Source: Methanomicrobiales archaeon
Lineage (GTDB): Archaea; Halobacteriota; Methanomicrobia; Methanomicrobiales; Methanospirillaceae
Direction of reading: 5' to 3'
DNA length: 64,000 nucleotides
Assembly (NCBI GenBank): GCA_037137755.1
Contig: JBAXJR010000004.1
Span: 14,552-78,551, forward strand
This document shows positions 58,992-64,000 of this stretch, in pieces (within the stretch, counting starts at the first letter, position 1; each line of letters starts with the position of its first letter). The position numbers and the translations under genes were made by a program. The notes below the pieces were generated by a model, which did no database searches, was not told the DNA's origin, and saw only the letters and a list, made by a program, of their open reading frames with translations.

Positions 58992-59517
58992 TCAGATCTT
59001 CCTATCTATGAGAACCCCTGAATCAGGTATTAAATGTTCCTTTTTATCGCGAAACCTGGGAATAACAGTTGGATTAATCGTGCAGTGACCAACTTTTTGT
59101 ATCGTAAAATTCCTCTCTTTGTCTGGTACTCTTCACTTTCACCCCGCGCACGGCACCAGTTTATATGGTGAATCATCTGATGTTTGATTGCAGAGGCGGG
59201 CTGTTACCGGGCTACTAACATCTGGTGATACATCTCCTCTGTAAACCCAAGAAAACCTTGATCGGAGAAATCCTGGTTACCCTATTTTGGGGTTTCTCCA
59301 AAAAACCCTTTAAAACATCCGATGATATCTTCAACCAGTTTACGTGGTCCTGATCCCTGGAATATTGAAAGGGCCGGTAACAGGAATGTTGATCCTGGAA
59401 GACAAATTAAGGAAATACGGGTCTTTACGCAGGGTGGTTAAGCAACCCGCTACCTGACTCAGGTCAACGGAGAACGTGGCTGTAAGCGCACTACCTGAAA
59501 TCATATATTCCACGGGC

Positions 59518-60117
59518 ATGATTGTAGTACTAATGCAGAAGAATACCCTCTTCCTGGTTATCGGGATAGTTATCATTGCCCTGTTCGCGGTGCTTTTTGT
59601 GTTTTCTCATGGCGGCCTGCCCCAGAGGAATTCCACGACGATAAAAACGGCTGCTGCACCGTCTTCTGAATATAATGGCAATGTAAAAGACTGGAAATCA
59701 GTCCCTCTCCGTGATGTATCCACCTCTACAACATTCAGCGCCCGGGATTTGGAAGGGAAACCCGTATTGTTGTTCTGCTTCACTACCTGGTGCTCGATCT
59801 GTACTGCACAGCAGAATGAGATCAAACGGTTGCAGGCTATGTCTCCCGGTTCCTTCACCGCCGTCGGTCTGGATATTGACCCGTATGAAAATGAGGCCCT
59901 GGTACGCAAACACCAGTCTGATAACCGGTTTTACGGGTTGTATGCGGTTGCACCCCAGGAAATGACAAATCAACTGACAAGTGAATTCGGTGTGGACATT
60001 ATCTCCCCTGCGAGTGCACCGATGTTACTGATCTGCAGCAATGGTACGGTAACAAAACTGGATCGAGGAATAAAATCAGCCGAGGTGCTCCAGCAGGCGA
60101 TACAGAAGCGGTGCTAG
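59518..60117 (+). CDS. Membrane-anchored TlpA/redoxin-like thioredoxin-fold protein
   Basis: An N-terminal TM helix is followed by FTTWCSICTAQ (WCxxC active site). The start is uncertain among the GTG at 59476 and the ATGs at 59518 and 59533. Confidence 0.75.
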   Translation: MIVVLMQKNTLFLVIGIVIIALFAVLFVFSHGGLPQRNSTTIKTAAAPSSEYNGNVKDWKSVPLRDVSTSTTFSARDLEGKPVLLFCFTTWCSICTAQQNEIKRLQAMSPGSFTAVGLDIDPYENEALVRKHQSDNRFYGLYAVAPQEMTNQLTSEFGVDIISPASAPMLLICSNGTVTKLDRGIKSAEVLQQAIQKRC

Positions 60118-60827
60118 ACGTGGACCCGGTATCAGCCGCAGGAATATCGTTTCTTGCCGGACTGCTTGCCCCGCTTGGCGCCGTGTGTGTCCTTCCCCTC
60201 TACCCGGGATACCTTGCATGGCTGGCAAACCAGGCTGGCGAGGGAACAGACCGGACATTGCTCTTCCGGTTCTCTCTCGTTGTTACAGCGGGGATTATCC
60301 TTTCTTTTTTTGTTGTTGGTTTTATCGTTACCTCGCTGTTACGGTCTTCTTTGAGCGTGGCTATCGGGATTATTTCTATGGCGGCCTTTGTTATCCTTGC
60401 AGGAGCGAGTATCTGTCTGATTGCGGATGTTGATCTTTCGCGGGTTATTCCCTCGCCGAAAATGTTGCACCCCGTCGGGCCATACAGGAATGCGTTATTA
60501 TTCGGCCTCTTTTTTGGCCTGATCATGTTGCCCTGCAACCCTGCCCCCATCATCCTTCTCTTTGCGTTAAGCGTGAATGCGGCAGATGTTTTGGAAAATT
60601 TAATAATTCTCATCGCCTTCTGTATTGGTATTGCCATTCCGGTCCTGCTGATATCCCTCATCCCGGCAGCAACGAACTACCGCCTGGTGCGTTTCCTTAC
60701 TACACACCGGAGAGGGATTAATGTTGTATGCGGGCTGTTTATGCTGGTCCTCGCATTATATTACCTTGTCCTGGTGTTTCATCTTCCAGAACTGCTGGCC
60801 TCGTCGGTGACAAATTTTTACCAGTAA
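60111..60827 (+). CDS. ccdA: CcdA/DsbD-family transmembrane thiol-disulfide electron transporter
   Basis: Six hydrophobic helices carry the two conserved Cys-Pro sites, GAVCVLPLYPGYL and MLPCNPAP. The start overlaps the upstream stop. Confidence 0.8.
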   Translation: MLDVDPVSAAGISFLAGLLAPLGAVCVLPLYPGYLAWLANQAGEGTDRTLLFRFSLVVTAGIILSFFVVGFIVTSLLRSSLSVAIGIISMAAFVILAGASICLIADVDLSRVIPSPKMLHPVGPYRNALLFGLFFGLIMLPCNPAPIILLFALSVNAADVLENLIILIAFCIGIAIPVLLISLIPAATNYRLVRFLTTHRRGINVVCGLFMLVLALYYLVLVFHLPELLASSVTNFYQ

Positions 60828-60875
60828 ATTTTGAATATGCTAATATATTTTTACGTCTTTTTTCATACGAGATGT

Positions 60876-61361
60876 ATGGCACTCCGGTCGATTAACCTTC
60901 CAGGTATTGGCACCAAGTATGAGCTCGTGACAGAAAAGGATGACACAATAGCCATTTTTTTCCTTAAAAATGGTAATATCCAGATGTACACTCTTCCCCA
61001 TGACGGTCATACCCCCTGTGTGGCTGAGCTCAGCACCGCAGAAGCAAGGAGGCTTGGTACCATTATGACCGGGGCCATCATGGAGGCTGACAAGGAGAGT
61101 GTGGAGATCGCGTTTTCCGCCCTATCTGACCTCCGGATCAGCATCCACACGTATGTTATCGGCAAGTCAATGGCCGGCAGGTGCATCGAAGACCACCAGA
61201 TCCGTGCCAAAACAGGTGTAACAATTATTGCCGTTTCAAGGGGTGACACAAATATTGTCAATCCACCTCCACGTTTCATGTTCCAGGAAGGCGATGCGGT
61301 CGTTGCCATTGGAGAGACCGAGCAGCTGAAGACATTTGAACGTGAGTTCATGGTGGGTTAA
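60876..61361 (+). CDS. Cation:proton antiporter regulatory subunit (KhtT-like, TrkA-C domain)
   Basis: N-terminal LPGIGTKYEL and a C-terminal TrkA-C domain (GVTIIAVSRGDTNIVNPPPRFMFQEGDAVVAIGE). Start set to the Met at 60876. Confidence 0.75.
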   Translation: MALRSINLPGIGTKYELVTEKDDTIAIFFLKNGNIQMYTLPHDGHTPCVAELSTAEARRLGTIMTGAIMEADKESVEIAFSALSDLRISIHTYVIGKSMAGRCIEDHQIRAKTGVTIIAVSRGDTNIVNPPPRFMFQEGDAVVAIGETEQLKTFEREFMVG

Positions 61362-62512
61362 TGGAAGGACTGGTAATCGCCCTCTTTGTCTGCCTTGTTC
61401 TTCTCGTCATTACGAAGTACCTCTCCTGGCCGGTGATCCCGTTCTATATTATTGCAGGGATTGTGCTCGGGACCTCGGGGCTGAATCTTGTCCAGGTTAC
61501 CGAGTCCTCCACGTTTTTTGCCGAGCTCGGTCTGATCTTCCTCCTTTTCTTTATGGGGCTTGAGATCAAACCGGACAGGATCCTGTCCAACCAGAAGACC
61601 TTCTTCTCGAGTGGCCTGATCGATCTGAATATCAATATGATAATCGGGTTCCTGGCAGCCTACATCATCGGGTTCACGCTTACCGAGTCGCTTGTCATTG
61701 CGGCCGCATTTTTTATCAGCAGCACGGCCATGACCGTCGCATCCCTGGTAGAGAATAAGAAGCTGATGATGAGGGAAGCAGAAACTATCGTCTGGATGAT
61801 GGTATTCGAGGATATTGTCCTGATTATCTTTCTCACGCTCCTTTCATCGTCGATAAATAACCCTCTTGGATTTATCGCGAAGATAGCGATAATCCTGCTT
61901 GCGTTCTATCTCATATCTCACTTTGGAAAGAAATTGATCCAGAAGGCGATCAACCGTGACGATGAACTCCCGGTGTTTCTTACCTTTGCCGCCGTGGTCA
62001 TCATTGCATTCGGGTCAAAGGCAATCGGGGTACCTGAGACCCTGATGGTAATCGCCTTTGGGACCGCCCTCGCTTCAACGGACCCAGCCGCGTTTGAGGC
62101 ACAGGCCCGGCCTTTTAAGGACGTATTCCTGATAATATTTTTTGTATTCTTCGGGATCAGCGTGGACTTTTCTGGCGGGGTACCGGTCATGCTCATTCTA
62201 GCCCTCAGTATCCTCGCCATCATATCAAAACTCGTTTCAGGCCTGTTGATTGGTAAAGTCGTACACGGGAGTAAGAGGTCTGGTATTGAAATCTGGGCAA
62301 ATACTATTGGAAGAGGGGAGTTCTCCATCGCACTTGCCGCATTGTACGGGTCTCCGGTAGTCTCCTCGGCGATTGCTGCGATGGTAATTATCACCTCAAT
62401 TGTAGGCTCATTTTCGGCGAAATACAGTGGTCCCCTGCAGGACCTGTTCATGCGAGGCAGAAAAGGATCCCCAGATCAGGTACCTGCAGGAAACAGTGAA
62501 AGAACCGGCTGA
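61361..62512 (+). CDS. CPA2-family cation:proton antiporter (Kef/KhtU type)
   Basis: 383 aa with about 11 TM helices and the Na/H-exchanger family pattern. TAATG overlap with the regulatory subunit gene. Confidence 0.8.
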   Translation: MEGLVIALFVCLVLLVITKYLSWPVIPFYIIAGIVLGTSGLNLVQVTESSTFFAELGLIFLLFFMGLEIKPDRILSNQKTFFSSGLIDLNINMIIGFLAAYIIGFTLTESLVIAAAFFISSTAMTVASLVENKKLMMREAETIVWMMVFEDIVLIIFLTLLSSSINNPLGFIAKIAIILLAFYLISHFGKKLIQKAINRDDELPVFLTFAAVVIIAFGSKAIGVPETLMVIAFGTALASTDPAAFEAQARPFKDVFLIIFFVFFGISVDFSGGVPVMLILALSILAIISKLVSGLLIGKVVHGSKRSGIEIWANTIGRGEFSIALAALYGSPVVSSAIAAMVIITSIVGSFSAKYSGPLQDLFMRGRKGSPDQVPAGNSERTG

Positions 62513-62627
62513 AACGAAAAAATTGCATATATCCGGCTATACCTGCGTAAAGAACGTTGGATTAAGTCCCGGGTGTAAAAACGCCGGGGAAAAGAGAGTG
62601 TACCTCATTCGAGGCCAGGAAAAAAGA

Positions 62628-64000
62628 TCAGGGGTCCAAGGGTGCCAGCTCCGATCTCACGGTAAGAAATACCGGCCCCCGGACATCGATCTTTTTCTTG
62701 TTGTCGGTAATGGCCCGCATCGCATACCCGGCGACCCTGATATTGATGTCACTCGGGAGTTTTGCCATCTTCACCTGGACGGTTTCCTGTCTTCCGCACC
62801 GGGCCGCTGCTTCTATCCGTGCCGCTGCAAGAGACGCTGCAGCGTCAAGGTAACTGATCCCTGTTGGTGCCCCTTCCTTTCTGACCTGCTGCCATTTTTC
62901 ATTGTCAGGGACCCCGAGGACAGACCCTTCGAACACGAAAATTTCATTAAAGCAGGCAGGTCCGCACAATTTAGAATTGGACTCTGGTTCTTCGACAAAA
63001 ACAGTCATCCTGTGACCAGATAGTTCTCCTTCCCATGCTTTAAATGAGCAGGGGCCCGGTTCCGTCGCATGTAATGTGGCGGTCTTCCGGACTGCAGCAG
63101 CGATCACCTGCCCGGTACAAGACACCGGCTGCTCACGGTACTGGATTGCACGGGCAACCTGCCGGTCGGTAAGGGCCTCAGGGAAGAACTGGGGGTGGGT
63201 GAGCTGCCGCACGTCATTTGAATGATGGTGGATCATTGCGAGCCGTTCCACACCGAGGCCGAGGTTCATTACCGGGACCTCTATGCCGTATTCCGCAAGG
63301 GCTGACGGGGAGTACATGCCGAATGTCGCCACCTCAACCCAGTCGTGGACCGGGTGCCTGGCGTACACCTCAGTCTGTGTGTCAGGCATGTAGTATTTCG
63401 ACCTCTTTTCATCAGGCCTGAACTGAAAATCCGTATAACCAAATGCAGACAGGAGTGCTTCACTGACTGCCTTTCCCTCTTCGTTTGTTACGTCCTCCCC
63501 TGCAACAATACAGGAAGCCGAATGGTAGCTCATCAGCCGGGTGGGTCCCTCTTCCTGTTCCCTCCGGAAACAGCGGTCCACGGAAAACTGCCTGATTGGG
63601 AGGGGTCTTTTATTCCATATCGCACCCAGTGTCATGAACCAGCCGCTTGTCATGTGGCTACGGAGGGTGCTCCGCGATGATTCCGGAGAGAGGGCCCGGA
63701 ACTCCGGGAACACCGCATCAAGGATATGGACAACAAGCGCGTCATCCACCCCGAGTACCTTTGAGAGTTCATAGGTCAATTCGTCCCCGTCTATCTCAGA
63801 TTTTTTATACGCGTGAAGGGTCTCCCGTAACCGTTCTTCTGTCTCCGTTGTCATCGGCTGGTATGGTTTATGGTTCCCCGTTGTCTCATAGGGGGCCTGT
63901 CCGGAGTGGGCGAGCGGTCCTGCGTGGCTTTTTAAAAGATCATTGATCTCGTCGAGCTGTTTTTTCGCAATCCCCACGTTGGGCCGCGGGAGTCCCCCGA
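62628..64000 (-). CDS. sepS: O-phosphoseryl-tRNA(Cys) ligase SepRS, 5' end beyond window
   Basis: Class II core with [11 protein letters not shown] and GLGVERLAM. The reading frame stays open upstream of the track GTG (..[12 protein letters not shown]..) to the window edge, and full-length SepRS is longer than the 449 aa seen here. Confidence 0.85.
   Translation of the reverse strand, partial: GGLPRPNVGIAKKQLDEINDLLKSHAGPLAHSGQAPYETTGNHKPYQPMTTETEERLRETLHAYKKSEIDGDELTYELSKVLGVDDALVVHILDAVFPEFRALSPESSRSTLRSHMTSGWFMTLGAIWNKRPLPIRQFSVDRCFRREQEEGPTRLMSYHSASCIVAGEDVTNEEGKAVSEALLSAFGYTDFQFRPDEKRSKYYMPDTQTEVYARHPVHDWVEVATFGMYSPSALAEYGIEVPVMNLGLGVERLAMIHHHSNDVRQLTHPQFFPEALTDRQVARAIQYREQPVSCTGQVIAAAVRKTATLHATEPGPCSFKAWEGELSGHRMTVFVEEPESNSKLCGPACFNEIFVFEGSVLGVPDNEKWQQVRKEGAPTGISYLDAAASLAAARIEAAARCGRQETVQVKMAKLPSDINIRVAGYAMRAITDNKKKIDVRGPVFLTVRSELAPLDP

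Noticed and set aside
59452-59464. Palindrome ACCTGA-c-TCAGGT just upstream of the thioredoxin-like gene
   Set aside because: Six-bp arms are expected by chance many times in a window this size, and there is no supporting second site.
59340-59576. 78-aa minus-strand ORF overlapping the start of the thioredoxin-like gene
   Set aside because: It runs antisense to a credible signal-anchor coding region and shows no similarity.
1-64000. Search for CRISPR arrays, IS elements, integrases, prophage genes, inteins, and in-frame TGA/TAG recoding
   Set aside because: I found no regularly spaced repeats and no transposase or integrase motifs. No gene has an intein-sized insertion, and no conserved gene is interrupted by an in-frame stop.

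Overview
This is a gene-dense 64-kb stretch that reads as core chromosome of a methanogenic euryarchaeon, probably Methanomicrobia-like. That placement is an inference from gene content only: SepRS, thermosome, TiaS, fused Kae1-Bud32, archaeal RibK/RibB/RibL, a methanopterin-type DHPS-like protein, an RPA plus RPA-associated protein, and mevalonate genes. I call about 70 protein genes, two of them cut by the window edges, plus two adjacent tRNAs (Gly-UCC and Val-CAC). One ribosomal protein gene (L40e, 48 aa) is too short for the supplied ORF track. Many neighbouring genes overlap by 1-4 nt (ATGA, TAATG, TAGTG, GTGA), which suggests operons. I found no CRISPR array, transposase, integrase, prophage or long repeat. 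Most of the window is housekeeping: histidine, pyrimidine, riboflavin/FAD, CoA, mevalonate, Fe-S assembly, translation, transcription and replication. The most interesting items are listed below.
- A 120-aa stand-alone protein carries the glycyl-radical/Zn-ribbon C-terminus of the anaerobic ribonucleotide reductase NrdD (16185-16547).
- A translationally coupled exonuclease/helicase pair resembles bacterial MrfB/MrfA (YprB/YprA) (35558-38949).
- A SPASM-type radical SAM enzyme has no visible peptide substrate. It sits next to a secreted TPR protein and a FabH-like thiolase-fold enzyme (55890-58991).
- A TlpA-like thioredoxin / CcdA membrane reductant-transfer pair follows (59476-60827).
- An orphan SPPY DNA methyltransferase lies at 40679-41596.
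- A Cys-rich hypothetical protein sits next to a visibly A/T-richer glycosyltransferase segment (44989-47395).
None of these is proven novel from sequence alone. All functional calls rest on motif recognition by eye and need HMM or BLAST confirmation.
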